In this document: in pieces, positions 1 to 12,671 of the stretch
Position numbering within the stretch: the first letter of the stretch is position 1
Layout: each line of letters opens with the position of its first letter
NCBI GenBank assembly: GCA_900617105.1
Contig: UYFQ01000241.1
Span: forward strand, 1 to 38,595
DNA: 38,595 bases
Direction of reading: 5' to 3'
Origin: Hydrurus foetidus
Lineage: Eukaryota
Program-made: the position numbers and the translations under genes
Notes under the pieces: model-generated
The model's input: the letters and a program-made list of their open reading frames with translations, nothing else
The model's database searches: none
Told to the model about the DNA's origin: nothing

Positions 1-348
1 GATTCATCAATGTCGGATATAGATGAAGCAAGAGTATGAGTTAGATATTCTATCTTGTAGGTAGCAGTCATATTAGTATGGATCCGCGAGGGTTTCGTAC
101 AAACCGCGATAGTCACTGAGATGCATCAGTTTCAGAGACCAACAATATGCCTTTTTCGTCGAAATATTGGGAAATCGCATGACGTATACGTTAAAAAGGC
201 ACATTGTTGGTCGCTGAAACTGATGCATCTCAGTGACTATCGCGGTTTGTACGAAACCCTCGCGGATCCATACTAATATGACTGCTACCTACAAGATAGA
301 ATATCTAACTCATACTCTTGCTCCATCTATATCCGACATTGGTGAATC
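1..348. repeat. Long inverted repeat (arms 1-156 and 193-348, 36-bp spacer); may extend beyond the window start
   Basis: 1-156 is the reverse complement of 193-348 with 4 mismatches seen by eye (e.g. gattcatcaatgtcggatatagatg vs catctatatccgacattggtgaatc). Confidence 0.95.
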
Positions 349-640
349 GCCAAAAGTGACTAATGTCGATCTCGTGATGAAATCATCAATTTCAGAAAAT
401 TTTAATGATCGAAATAGATGTAAAACTATCGAATTGCCTGTGAGTATGTTTGACAAAAACTTTTTCATGAAGAATTTGGAGAGATATCGGACCTTCCAGG
501 TCGAATAACTGCGTTTTTACCGAAACCGCGTTACTACCGGCACTGGTGTACAGTAAACAGTAAACAGTAAACAGTAAGTACGCCGAAATATTACCGTTGG
601 AGGTGTAAAGGTTTGGTGTTATACTTCTTACTTCCTGCAG

Positions 641-2497
641 CTCGAGCTCTGACTTGTATCACCGCTGGAAAGTTGTTGACGCCATCACTGGAGACTTTTA
701 TTATTCAATCATCGCATCTTGAAATCATGGAGTCAGCTAGTGAAGCGGTAAATTTGTCCGACGATGTTCGCTGGATAAGCAATGATGTTACCCCAACAAC
801 AAGACTGCGGCTGTACTTCGGACTGATGCAGGTGCCACTGGATTTGACGTTTATCTTTACTATTGCTGTGCGCTCATTCACGTGTATTGATGCTTTTTCT
901 TCTCCCGCAGGCACGGCTGGCTGCTCTTACATCACCAGATGAGATTGCGTTTCTCCAGCGCACTTTCGACTTGAGCACTTCAAGCGACAGTTCGAGACGT
1001 GTTAAAGCTGAATTGACAGCCGCAAAATTTAGTTGTCCATCGTCACCTGCAGATAGCATCTCTCCTACGGAAATCGTACCATCGCTTGCGAAAACTTCTT
1101 CTACAGGAAGTTTGAACGGATATCGAACGAAACCAACTCAATTATCATCACCCGCAATTTCGAAAAAGCCCTCTTTCAGACAGCTTTCTGATCAGCAGAA
1201 AAGACCAAATCAGGCTGCTACACGCCTATGTGCACCAGCTGCGCTCTCTAGAACTGATAGTGGTTACTCCTTGACATCAACCAAAAAGCCGAAGCATGTT
1301 GCAGCTTCCCTCAACAACAATCATGGTCTAGAGACACCTAATCGAGGAAAGAATGTTGCTGGAACAACCACATTCTCATCTAATGAAGTCAACTTGGATA
1401 AGCCAGATGGCTCAACAAATCAATTGGTGCCAGCTGTTGGGATTTCGAAGGGCTTATCTCAGATTCGCACGTCACCGAGCAACTCGTCAGTGAACTCTTC
1501 TATCGATGGAAATCTGGCTCCTGTGAGCAGATCACTATGCGCTACAGGCAGACAACGTCCCCCACTAGTATCTTCAAGACCAGTATCTTCGAGATATGCA
1601 CAGACGACAATTGCTTCTGCCTCGTCATCATCATCAGTAGATGCTCCTTCAACCCTGAAAAATGCTAGTGATGTGAGCACCACCACAACCAGAAAAACAT
1701 TAAAAATACATCATAAAAAGAGTGCAGGCATCATCGAAAGCACGTCTGTTCAAACTACAATGACAGCGGATAAAGTTATTCCCAAGGTTCCTAAGAAACA
1801 ATTGAGTGCGGTACCTTCTGAGAACATTCTTCTGGCGTCTACGTGGGCATCAGATTCAACTGCGAATAGTAAAGTCTCAAACGCTTCGTCTCTTCAGCTT
1901 CAACGACAAGGACCAAAGACACCACGCCAGCCTGTGCTTGCAGGATTATCTTCTCCTGCCAGCGTAAAAAGTGTGACGAAGAACCCTACGAAAAAAGTCG
2001 AAATAGGGAAGCTTTTCGGATTGGTTGGTTTTAACAAAGTGGATACTGCACTACCAGGCAATGTCCTACCTCATAATACAACACCCACTGCTAGACCGAA
2101 TTCTTCAAGGAATAATTTCTGCGCTGCTCCTCCTTCCTTGGATCAGAACATGAAAGATGCTTTGCAGAGGGAAGCTAATGCCAGGGCAGCTCTGCAGGCA
2201 GCTGAGATCGCTGCTGAGAGTGCTCGATTTGCAGCAAGTGTAGCGCATGCTGAAGCTGTCGCAGCTGCAAGGGCAATTGTTAGAGAGGCTGAAATAGAGC
2301 AGTCTCGCAATGTTTATACTGGCGATCAAATGATTCCTGCACCACCACCTGTCATTGCTGCGTTGCCTACTCCATCTTCCATGATTCTTGATGTCAATAG
2401 TGCCTCTGAGAAAAAACTCTGGACAAATCCCGGAACTGCTATAGATGGGCTCTCACCAAAAAGAAAAGCTGAGAATCCGTTCAAAGGAATGTTTTGA
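641..2497 (+). CDS. Spliced hypothetical Ser/Thr/Lys-rich protein with a C-terminal Ala-rich helical segment; exons 641-831 and 911-2497, 5' exon(s) unresolved (possibly within 278-499)
   Basis: 544-aa ORF. Phase-0 intron 832-910 (CAG|gtgcc...ctcccgcag|GCA) joins RLYFGLMQ to ARLAALTSPDE. Upstream acceptor cttcctgcag ends at 640. Confidence 0.7.
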
Positions 2498-2814
2498 TAT
2501 TAAAATGTAATATTCTGATGAATCCATTGAGTACAGTGTTTTTAAGTGCCGCAATTTTGTTGTAAAAGCATAATGAGAACTTCTAAAAGAACAAATTCCC
2601 GAATCCACGAAAGGATAAAAATTGTTATTGGGGGCGGGGTGGGCGATATTGTGAATTAAAAAGACATTGAATCATCCGTTGAAACATGTGAAATTACGGA
2701 TAGTGTCTTCCCAGTATGCTCAATATGACAGATAATGTGCGGGGGTGTGCTTCAATTTCAACGCTCACATCGAGCTTCAAAGTTCAGCGATAAAAATTTG
2801 TTCGTACTCATTCT

Positions 2815-3129
2815 TTATGCGAGAGAAAATGAGGATTTCGTCCCAGCTCCAGGTGCATGCCGAACTCCTCTGCCTGAATTCTGAGGCGCATCGTTCTCAT
2901 TGCTAAATATACTACTGGAATGCATTGCGTGTGCGGAGGCCCGTCGCATTTGCGACATCGATTCAGGTTTCAAGTTTGTGACACTATTTGCGGGTTCTGG
3001 CTTCTTCTGAGCTACTGAATCGACTTTTCTCGGGCGAATGGGTGAAGAGTTTCCCAAGGAAAATGACGACGCACCTCCTGGGGGAGCGTGGACACGCGTC
3101 GATGATCGTGCTACGTTTCGTGTGTACAT
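2815..3129 (-). CDS. Small Jupiter/HN1/SPIRAL1-like microtubule-associated protein with two PGG-type motifs
   Basis: 104-aa ATG ORF with RSSTRVHAPPGGASSFSLG at the N terminus and GVRHAPGAGTKSSFSLA at the C terminus, resembling the family motif S(T/S)RV..PPGG.S.F.LG. Confidence 0.75.
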   Translation of the reverse strand: MYTRNVARSSTRVHAPPGGASSFSLGNSSPIRPRKVDSVAQKKPEPANSVTNLKPESMSQMRRASAHAMHSSSIFSNENDAPQNSGRGVRHAPGAGTKSSFSLA

Positions 3130-3539
3130 TCAATGAGTTTGAGAGGAAAAAGCACAGCAAAGAGCGAGCATTTTAGAAATTTACCTAGATGGAGGTCTTT
3201 TGACATTAATGTCGACATTCTTAAGAGTGTCTTGATGATGGTGGGGATAGAAAGGGAAAAGTCAAAGTCGGCTGAAAGAAGCGGATCAAAAATGCATACG
3301 TTACCTGGAGGTTGGCAGATTTAATCACGAATGACAACAGGGTGGCTAATATCTGAGATGTCGCACTACCATTGACGCGTGCCTGTCAGACATCAAACTT
3401 TCGTCAACTGTAACTCAATCCACACGACGACTCCAAATTTTTATTTCTCAACGGTCATTTTTAGTGCGTGATTCCCGGATAGCAAGTGGACACTCTGGAC
3501 TCTGGACCCTCCCTCTTTGTCCCATAATACCGGTAGTGA

Positions 3540-4343
3540 CAGCGAACCTATACGACATTTTTCGACAAGAAAACCGGGTGAAAAACCGGGAAAAAGCAGC
3601 CGAAAATCAAAAGCGGCGCTTTTAAAAGGCCTGGTTTTGGGTGCCTGCTCTCATTTTTGAGCTGCGTTGTTACATATGCATATGCGCTCACGTGAGCAAA
3701 AAGTCCAAAGTGCCTATATAGGCGCCTTTATGGGCGGGGGGAATTTTCCATAGGCAACCGGTTAATTTGATCATTTCATCACCTACAACCTAAAAATAGC
3801 AAATAGCCTCGTCTAATTGAAATCGCTGAAGATGTATCTGATCTCGCTGAGGAGCGGAATGAGGAAATTGAACGAGCCGCTAATGCTGCGAACGCAGAAG
3901 AGCTTGAATTCGAAGATGCTGACGATGAGGAGTGTAATGCTGAAGCTCCCGACCACGGATTGAGCTCCTTGCAGCTGCCGCGATGATCGCTGAGGATGAC
4001 GATGAACCATAAATTTTAAATTATGAAGATATTATTTATTTTGTCGTTCATCATTTATTTTTATTTGTTCATGTTTATATTTTATGTTTGTCCAAAATTA
4101 ACGAATCACTGAGTGTAGTGTGTTATACACCGTCTTTCCTTACGTATGAAAAGTCCGTACGTACGTTCAGCCTGTGTCTATGCTTGCCTTTGTAGGCACA
4201 TTGGCAAGCAGGGTGCCTTTTGCTCACGTAGCAAATCCCCAAAGGTGCCTATGTAACAACGCAGTTTTTGAGTGCAGCAAAACCAAAACCGGCGGGTTTT
4301 CAGCGGGTCTGATTTTTTCGACAAATGTCGTATAGGTTCGCTG
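3540..4343. mobile_element. Non-autonomous TIR DNA transposon (MITE-like), 804 bp, TGA target duplication
   Basis: 26-bp TIRs cagcgaacctatacgacatttttcga / tcgacaaatgtcgtataggttcgctg (1 mismatch). TGA at 3537-3539 and 4344-4346. Subterminal inverted block ctgcgttgttacata / tatgtaacaacgcag. Confidence 0.88.
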
Positions 4344-4630
4344 TGATGCTTTGCTACTTATTTCTTTATTTTTATTTGCTTCAGTATTTGCTATGGCAGT
4401 GTGTCTCTGTCGTCTCTGCAGTGCTTATCGCCGATGAGTCTTTCGATCCCATCACTGGAATCGATGGCACACCTTCCATAATAGGTACTACAGGACATCT
4501 TCTATTAGAATCTATAAGTTCTGCATACAGTCTGTGCAGTTTGCTCGAAGCAGAGTCACTCATATTTTGTGTCTTTCCGACGATATTTAGCTGAAGTTCT
4601 TGGACAGCTTCACATATCTGAGAATTGATA

Positions 4631-4945
4631 ATGGTTGACAGACCTGACTATGATAGTGCTGCTCACTTTTCAACTTGCTTTAAATCTTTCTGCTTGTTTT
4701 TGGTAAGCTGTTACCTGGGAAAGGCAAGGTAAAGGAATTCAATCTTGTCACTCTACTCGAAAATGTTTTAAATAAAAGTTTTAAACTTTTTCAGGAGCGT
4801 TGCAGTTATGTGTGCGCATTTGATACATCATAGCGGGATGAGTCCTTCGGAAGCTTTGGATTCTGTTTAAAAGACTAGGCCAGACACATGCCCAAAGTCT
4901 GATAATAGGCGTGCGTTGAATCGTCCAGGCGATGCGAATCATTAA
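4631..4945 (+). pseudogene. Dual-specificity protein phosphatase fragment (pseudogene)
   Basis: Splicing 4729-4794 gives LVSCYLGKARSVAVMCAHLIHHSGMSPSEALDSV*KTRPDTCP (CX5R motif and DSP-like C-terminal helices). Upstream MVDRPDYDSAAHF needs a frameshift in a T run. Stop at 4868-4870. Confidence 0.65.
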
Positions 4946-5104
4946 ACTTGCAGAATAATTGATGATAAATAAATCTGATGGATGCTATTGTTAAAAAGCG
5001 CAAGACGATAGGGCATGATTTTATTTGATGACACAAGATCTCCTTTGATGATGCTGCTCCAGTATTCAATTTATGGAAAATACAAAAGATAAATTCCAAT
5101 TTTT

Positions 5105-5760
5105 GATGTATGATGAATAATTTTATTTGATCGGGAATGTTTCTAAGAAATTATGAATCAATCTTAATGCATGTCATCAGAACTTCAAATAATTGAGTTT
5201 ATTTTTCCTTTGATTATTTATGGTATTATAAACATGTCATGCTCTTTCTTGAATTGAGAAACCCATCTATGTGGGAAGGGGTCAGAGACGACTCCATTGT
5301 TTTCTTATGAATATGAGTATTATCAAAGAAGTTCCCCTTTTCCACAAAATGCTCTCAACAAACTGCTATCCACTCCATGAAGCAAAATTTAAAATTTCCA
5401 ATTAGGAGTGAGCACGATTTCGGGAGCATTGAATGCTGTCGTTTGATGTGTATATCTTAATGGTATGATGATCAGTCTTGTTTGATGGGGAATATTCATA
5501 AGAAATGAAAAATCCATCTTAATGCGTGTCATGAGAAATTAACAGATTTGTGCTTATTTTTTCTCATGGTTAAAGATGGTGTCAAAGAATTTTAATATTA
5601 GGATATAGGTGTTCATAGGGTTTAGTGATGACGATATTTATTCCTGATCAGAAATGAGTATTATGAAAGAAATTCTGTCAACAGAACTATGAGACACTTT
5701 CTCAATAAAGTGCTCTTGAGAGACCCGCTATCCAGTCCACCATGGGAACTCAAACTTTAT
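5105..5760. repeat. Old diverged tandem duplication, period about 355-360 bp
   Basis: Matching blocks recur in order: gtatgatga, atcttaatgc(a/g)tgtcat, atgagtattat(c/g)aaagaa, gctatcca. Confidence 0.55.
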
Positions 5761-7215
5761 AATTGAAAGGAAGCGGTCTGTCGATTGTATGTGGACCTCC
5801 TCCTCGATTACGTTCTTTCTCACGAGCTGCACTATGTAAATAAAATTGATGGTGCTGTTTGAAATAATGCTGATTCACCAGTTGAGAGGGGAAAAAATTC
5901 AATCTTTATTATCCATTATCATTAAAGCAAACGCAACTCAGGATGTTCGGCTCCTAACCCATTATTCAAAGCGAGCCTGCACGAAAATTTGCGCAAAAAA
6001 TTAGGCTGTAATAAGTGCCGCTTTTGCGCTGGTCAGCATTTCTGCACGAAGAATATTTTCGTGTGGGTTTCCTGTCTGCATATGGTTAGAGGTTGAATAA
6101 CCTAAATTGCATTTGCTTTGATAAATGAAGTTACAAAGTTCCTCCCATCCATGCTAGGACATCTAACAGCATCTCTTCATACAACATACATACATTCAGT
6201 ACATGTGTACGGTGTACGTACTACGAACATGCATGTGACATGTGAGATGTGAGGCCATACCTTACAGGGCAACAGAATACGAGGTACGAAACACTCTTTT
6301 CTGTACCTCGACCCGGCGGTAATTTCTTTTTGTGTATGTGTCCTTACAGACCGCTCGATTACGGAATACAGATTATCTTGAAGTTTTGTGTCTCGTGTCT
6401 GGTATTCTTTGCAAGGACAGGATTTATTTTTGGTTGCATCAATTACCGAATATTTGACATTTAATGGAGGACCACCTTCATTAAAATTTGAGATCATGGT
6501 GATCATCTCCATGAAGAAGCTCATCGCTGTGAGCGTCAAGATTATGACAGAACGCAAGAAGCGCAGGGGCACGGAATGACAAAAACTATAGTCAAGTTCG
6601 ATGGATTTATTACAGACATACATCAGGGGAAGCTCTACCCTGATATTGATTATGATCTATGTGATGCGAATGGACATGTTTACCAAGAGAGGGGCTTTAT
6701 TTGATCGTAGACGGTGGATATCACAAGTGGCGTTGTTTGCAGTGTCCTCTGAAACACACCTCTGAAAGCAAGGAATCGTTGCGGAGTAGATGGGTAGAGT
6801 CAATTAGAAAGGATGTTGAGTGCACCTTCAGTATACTCAAAGGTAGATTCCGTTGTTTGAAACTGCCTATTTACTACAATGATAAGGAAAGTATTGACAA
6901 TATGTTTTATACCTGTAGTATCTTTCACAATATGTTACTCACTAATGATGAATTTGATAAGCGTTGGGAGAAAGATGTTAACTGGGCAGGATAAGATGGA
7001 TATCATCATAGTGACGATATGTATACAATTTTTAGAAATAATTATAGGTGTCACAATGATGCAACATCCCGTAAAAATTTCTCACTTATTGGTATAGATG
7101 CTGTTGAAGCAAATTATTACATTGCTCATACAGATGAAGTAGAAGAAGTTGAGGATAATCATGAGTTCTTGCGTATTAAACTTGTTGAACACTTCTGTTA
7201 CAAGTACCGCAATAA

Positions 7216-7477
7216 TGTAGCCTTATGTATCCCTATGAGGATACAATGTGTCTAGGTAACTAGGTACAATAGGTACAATACGCCCAGATTCCAGTTTTAG
7301 GTCTTAGTTCCAGATAGATCTCTCGTCCTGTTAGGAGACTGTACCTCACCTATCCTTTTACTGTAACCTATAATTACAACGTTATCCTAACAACGTCGCT
7401 TTCCTTCGTCCCTCCGCTTTCCGCTCCCCGTCCAACCAACTTTCGTTCCTTCGTTCTAGGCCCCGATCTAGGCCATA
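7216..7477 (+). repeat. 5' LTR
   Basis: tgtagcc...ggccata. Matches 12672-12933 except ttaggagac vs ttaaaagac (2 nt). Confidence 0.95.
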
Positions 7478-7607
7478 ATATCGATATTTGGTCATCCACC
7501 AAAGTTTCCTTCCATCAAAGTTTCGTCAAAGTTTCCTTTCGAGATTTTTTTTCTCCTCTCTCTTTCCATCCGTCTCCTCCTCTAACTTTGCCCGCAACGC
7601 CAACATC

Positions 7608-9053
7608 ATGGCAGTACGACGCCAGGAGAAGAAGACCAGCTCCATCAACGCCCTCCGACGACAGCAGCCTCGAGCTGTGGCCGTCGCTTTCCGCCAACGT
7701 CATGATGAGCATAACCAACGACGAGCAGACGCAGATTTTCCTGGGTCACCTGCGACTCAGGACCCCGCTGGCGACCTGTCTGCACCGATTCCTCAGCGGA
7801 ATTCGGAGCCTGCGGTCATGTCTGCCATTGATGTCCCTGTCATTTCTGCATTGAACGCTCTGTCGTTACAACCAGCTTCGGCTGCGACACCAGCTTCGGC
7901 TGCGACACCAGCTTTAGCTGAGATTCCTATTCCAAGGACGATGGCACCACCCCAGCAATATGTGCAAACGGGTGAGAGAGCTCCTAAGTTGAGCGCCGTG
8001 CCCTCTCGTCAGGAAGTATTACGGGTAATGGAAGTCCTCCTTTCAAATGGAACTCCATTTAAACCGATTGATGTAGTCCATGCTTCCAACCATCAATCGT
8101 TTACAACGCTTCTCAAGCGTAAGTTTGCAACTGATCCCGATCGTCGCGATTCTTGTAACAATTGGAAGCATTGGTCAAATCAATTGTTCTGTAGAGAACT
8201 CAACATCACAGTTCCTACATCAGCTGTCAATCGAACTGACAAGCTGAGTTTCATCGAAACTGTTTCTCAGGTCGCACTTCAATTCGACCTGAAGGATAAA
8301 TCAGTGGAAGACAAGACAGATCAGCTTTTAGCTGATATTGTTGAAGCTTACCCTGATGCAACATCTGCTCTCCAACTTCAGGCAACCAAAATTCTCATCG
8401 ATAAGTTGCCAGTCGAACCTATCAATTGGAGAGCAGTGTTACAGCGTAGTCTTAACAACACAACTCCAAGACTCATTACAATCGAAGACTTTCGATTCGT
8501 ATGGCTTGCGCAGCTTGCTAAGCTACGAGAATCAATTGATGCCTTACGGTTCATTGATGTCTCTCCTTTGTATGGTGATCACTCTCGCCAAATCAAAGCC
8601 CCTCCTCGTTCTTCTCAGGACAAAACCAAAAAACGTCCACGAGAGGACGAGCAATCAGTGCAATCAGACAAGTCTGACAAATTTGAAAGACCTCTGTGCA
8701 CAGGTTGTGGGAGACTTGGCCATTTCGTTGCCACGTGTTTCTACACTTCGTCTCCGTACTATAACAGTACAGACGCACCCTATATCAGCTCCGAGGGTCA
8801 TAAGCAGTTGTTGAAAGTCGATTCAAAGGCTAAGTTTATCCCAACTTTACCTAAGACATCGACCTCTTCTTCATCGTCTTCCTCTTCCTCCTCTTCGTCA
8901 AAACCTGCTACTTCAACAGCAGACTCGACAAACCCAGCGAAGAAACACAAAGGTAAGCTACTATGCAACCTAAATTCATCATCTAATCTCTCCGATGATC
9001 CAGAACTGATCCCCTTCAACATTTCTCCTCTTTCACAGGAGCCTAAAAAGTAA
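7608..9053 (+). CDS. gag: Gag protein of the LTR retrotransposon
   Basis: First in-frame ATG at 7608; CX2CX4HX4C knuckle CTGCGRLGHFVATC (about 8697-8738); position after the 5' LTR. Confidence 0.9.
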   Translation: MAVRRQEKKTSSINALRRQQPRAVAVAFRQRHDEHNQRRADADFPGSPATQDPAGDLSAPIPQRNSEPAVMSAIDVPVISALNALSLQPASAATPASAATPALAEIPIPRTMAPPQQYVQTGERAPKLSAVPSRQEVLRVMEVLLSNGTPFKPIDVVHASNHQSFTTLLKRKFATDPDRRDSCNNWKHWSNQLFCRELNITVPTSAVNRTDKLSFIETVSQVALQFDLKDKSVEDKTDQLLADIVEAYPDATSALQLQATKILIDKLPVEPINWRAVLQRSLNNTTPRLITIEDFRFVWLAQLAKLRESIDALRFIDVSPLYGDHSRQIKAPPRSSQDKTKKRPREDEQSVQSDKSDKFERPLCTGCGRLGHFVATCFYTSSPYYNSTDAPYISSEGHKQLLKVDSKAKFIPTLPKTSTSSSSSSSSSSSSKPATSTADSTNPAKKHKGKLLCNLNSSSNLSDDPELIPFNISPLSQEPKK

Positions 9054-12000
9054 TAGAGTTAACACTCTTCTGGATACCGGATCTTTCGCCGGCAACTTCA
9101 TTCATCGCCGTATTATTACTCAACTCAATTTCATACAATTCGTTGTAAACTCTTCAAAGAAACTGTGTAGAGTATGTAGTGGTCTAGATAATCATTGTTA
9201 TGATATTTCTGACACTATAGACTTAACTCTTTCTTATTTTTGCCCTGATTTAAATAATTATTATACTTTTCCAATCACGGCTTATGTTTTAAACGAATCG
9301 AAATTTGATTTAATAGTGGGAAGAAAAACAATTCGCGAATTGAATTTGTTTTCACGATTCCCCGATCAAATATCTGCCAATGCTTCATCAAGCACAATCC
9401 CATTAGCGGAAGTTTTATCTTCTGAGCAAGTGGATATAACGTGTGGCTGTCAGCCTAAGGAGAAGTTGCAACCCTCCGACGGCTCCCCAAAAGTCGATCC
9501 TTTAACCCAAAAGGTGAAACCGGCAGTCACTCAAACACACGTTATTCTAGCTTCACTAATACAAGAGTCTGAAAGACTTTTTGAGGCTGTGCCCCCTGAT
9601 GAGGATGAAATCGACGACTCGATCAAGGACTCGTTTTCACCTTGGATAGATGAATTTCCTGATACTGACCCACTCTCGCTAATAAACTTAGCAGGTGATG
9701 AAGATCAGAAAAATAAACTTCGGTTACTAGTACACGAATTCAAGGATATATTTAGCAGTGAACTTTCGGCCACTCCTGCTGATATTCCACCGTTTGACTT
9801 TCATGTCAATGACGACCAATGGAGAGTCCCTAGAAATAGACAACCTCCATGGTCTAAATCAACAGTTGATCAAGCTGACATTCTTAGTCAGATTACAAGA
9901 CTTGAAAAACATAATATTGTTGAAAAATCGAACGCGGCTTATTATAGCCAAGTTTTACTAGTTCCAAAATCTGATGGAACTAAGCGCATGTGTATTGATT
10001 TTCGGAATCTCAACAATTGTACCGAAGATAAATCACATCCTATTCCACACATCGGTGAGATGTTGCGTAGAATAGGTGCACATAAAGCAAAAGTGTTTGC
10101 TGTACTTGACCTCACTCAAGGGTACCATCAAGCACCACTTACACTTGCTGCACGTGCTTATACTGCATTCATACTTTTCTGCGGAGTATATCAATTCACT
10201 CGTTTACCCTTTGGGCCAAAACAAGCTCCCTCCTATTTCCAACAGATTATGACGACTGTTGTGTTAGCAGGGCTGATATACTCTATATGCGAAATGTACA
10301 TCGATGATTGCAATGTTTTCGGTAAAGACATTGATGAACTCATTTCTAGACTTCGTCTTGTTTTTGAACGCTTTAGAAAACACAAAATATTCCTTAAACC
10401 GAATAAGTGTTATCTAGGCTATGCCGAAATAGACTATGTTGGCAAAGTTCTATCTGCTGATGGACTTAGAATGTCACAAGAAAAAATACGGACTGTCTTA
10501 GATTTTCCTAAACCAGTACTATCTAAACAACTTAAAAGTTTTTTAGGATTGGTTAATTATTTTCACGACTTTGTTAGAAACGCTTCTACTGTTGTATACC
10601 CGTTACATCAGCTGCTTCTTAACTACAATAAGTATAAGAAAATAACTTGGACAATAGAAGCTCTCAGAGCATTCAATAGAGCATTCAATTTGATCAAATC
10701 CGAGATTTCAAAATGCACGACTATGCACTTTTTAAGTGACACCGATCCGATTTACTTGCACACTGATGCATCGGACTATGGTGTAGGTGCCTATCTTTTC
10801 CAGTTAGTTGACGGTCAAGAAACGCCCGTAGCATTTGTCAGTAAATCACTCAACAAAGCACAGCTTCGTTGGGCTGTTATACAGAAAGAAGCATATGCTA
10901 TCTTTTATTCGTGCACGTATTTAAAATCGCTATTACGTGATCGTACGTTTACATTACGTACAGATCATCGTAACTTGTTATACATAAAGGATAATTCAAA
11001 TCCAATGATTGTTCGGTGGTTTATGGCCTTATCCGAATATTCATTTAAAATTGAATATATACCTGGTGCTAACAATGATATAGCTGATTCGATGTCTCGA
11101 CTCTGTCGCAATAACATGGTTGATTTCCCTCAGGAATATACTCCTGATGCAATCATGTCTGCTAATACTATTGAAAAATTTAAACTAACACGTGAGCAGT
11201 ACAATAAAATCAGTAAAGTACACAATTCACAAGTTGGTCATTTCGGTCTCGAGCGCACTATAAAGCGTCTCAGAGATAGAAATGAAATTTGGCAATATAT
11301 GCGACAGCATGTCAGGTACTTCATAGATCACTGTTCGTGTTGTCAGAAAATGAGTATGTTAAAGATACCAATACATGCTCATGGCTTCTCGACTTCTACT
11401 TACACACCTATGCCTTAACATAGACTTCATAGGACCGTTTCCAGACGGCGGGTACGTACTCGTAATTATCGATACGTTCACAAGATGGGTTGAACTGTTT
11501 CATACAGAAGATGCTACTGCACTTTCAACAGCTAAATGCCTCTTGCAACATTTCGGTCGTTTCGGCGCACCTCTCCAACTCCGTTCTGATAATGGGCCAC
11601 ACTTCATTTCCGAAGTTATCAAAGAGTTTCTAACTCTTATCGGCACTCAACATTGTCTTACTTTAGCATATTCTAAAGAAGAAAATGCTATTGTTGAGCG
11701 CATGAATAAAGAAGTTAATAGACATCTTCGTGCATTAACATTCGATAATGTCACACTAGAAGATTATAAAACGTCACTTCCATTTGTGCAACGAATTTTA
11801 AATTCTAACCACAGTGATCGTTTAAAGATATCAGCTTCTCAACTTCTTTTCGGAAATGTACTCAAACTCGATAGAGGTATCTTTTTACCTCCTGCTGAGC
11901 GAAATGTTACTGATGACAAACCTTTGTCAAAGCGTATGAGCAATCTACTCAAAACGCAAGAAAGTCTTCTTAAAGCTTCTGCTAAAGAACTTCTTCGCAC

Positions 12001-12475
12001 AGATTTGCTTCATCAAAGTCAGTCTCAAATTTTTCAGCATGTAGAGTATCCAAAAGACTCTTATGTCTTGGTGCACTATCGCGATGGATCCCCTCCTTCA
12101 CGTCTTCACACGCATTGGAGAGGTCCATTAAAAGTCGTTAGTGGCGAAAATTCGCGTTACACTTTATATGATCTAGTCACTCAGAAAACATCAGAATTTC
12201 ATGTATCTGCCATGAAACCTTTTCTATTTGACCCATCAATCACAAATCCGTTAGATGTTGCACGACGTGATCACATGGAATACTTTGTTGAAGATATTCT
12301 TGAACATCGTGGTAAACATCAACGTACCCATATAGAGTTTTTAGTCAAGTGGTTAAACTACCCTTCTGACAAAAACACTTGGGAACCTTACTCAAGTCTT
12401 CGTGACGTTGTTAAACTTCATGATTATTTGCGTCATAATAACATGACAAATTTAATCAATAAGCAACACCGTTGA
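9052..12475 (+). pseudogene. pol: Pol: aspartic protease, reverse transcriptase, RNase H, integrase, chromodomain; frameshift near 11410
   Basis: LLDTGS is open in frame with the 9316 ORF. Motifs: LPFG/YIDD, TDASDYGVGA/QKEAYA/TDHRNL, HHCC zinc finger, IDFIGP/SDNG/ERMN, WRGP, and C-terminal YFVEDILEH...FLVKWLNY...NTWEP. Confidence 0.95.
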
Positions 12476-12651
12476 CTTCCACATACATATATCCTTGAAA
12501 CTTTATCCATGAGGATTCTCTCCCATTTTTTTACCTACTAGGTTCTTTTTGGAGAGTTTAGTCAGTAAAAGTCTAACATAATTGTTTCAAGTTCTTATTA
12601 ACGTATATACTGTCTCTTTCATTTTTCATAGCACACGTTAGTGTAGATTTT

Positions 12652-12671
12652 GAAAAAGGAAGAAGGGGTAG
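12652..12671 (+). other. Polypurine tract
   Basis: gaaaaaggaagaaggggtag immediately before the 3' LTR. Confidence 0.9.

Noticed and set aside
3813..4010. 65-aa ORF inside the MITE
   Set aside because: No transposase or other recognisable motif.
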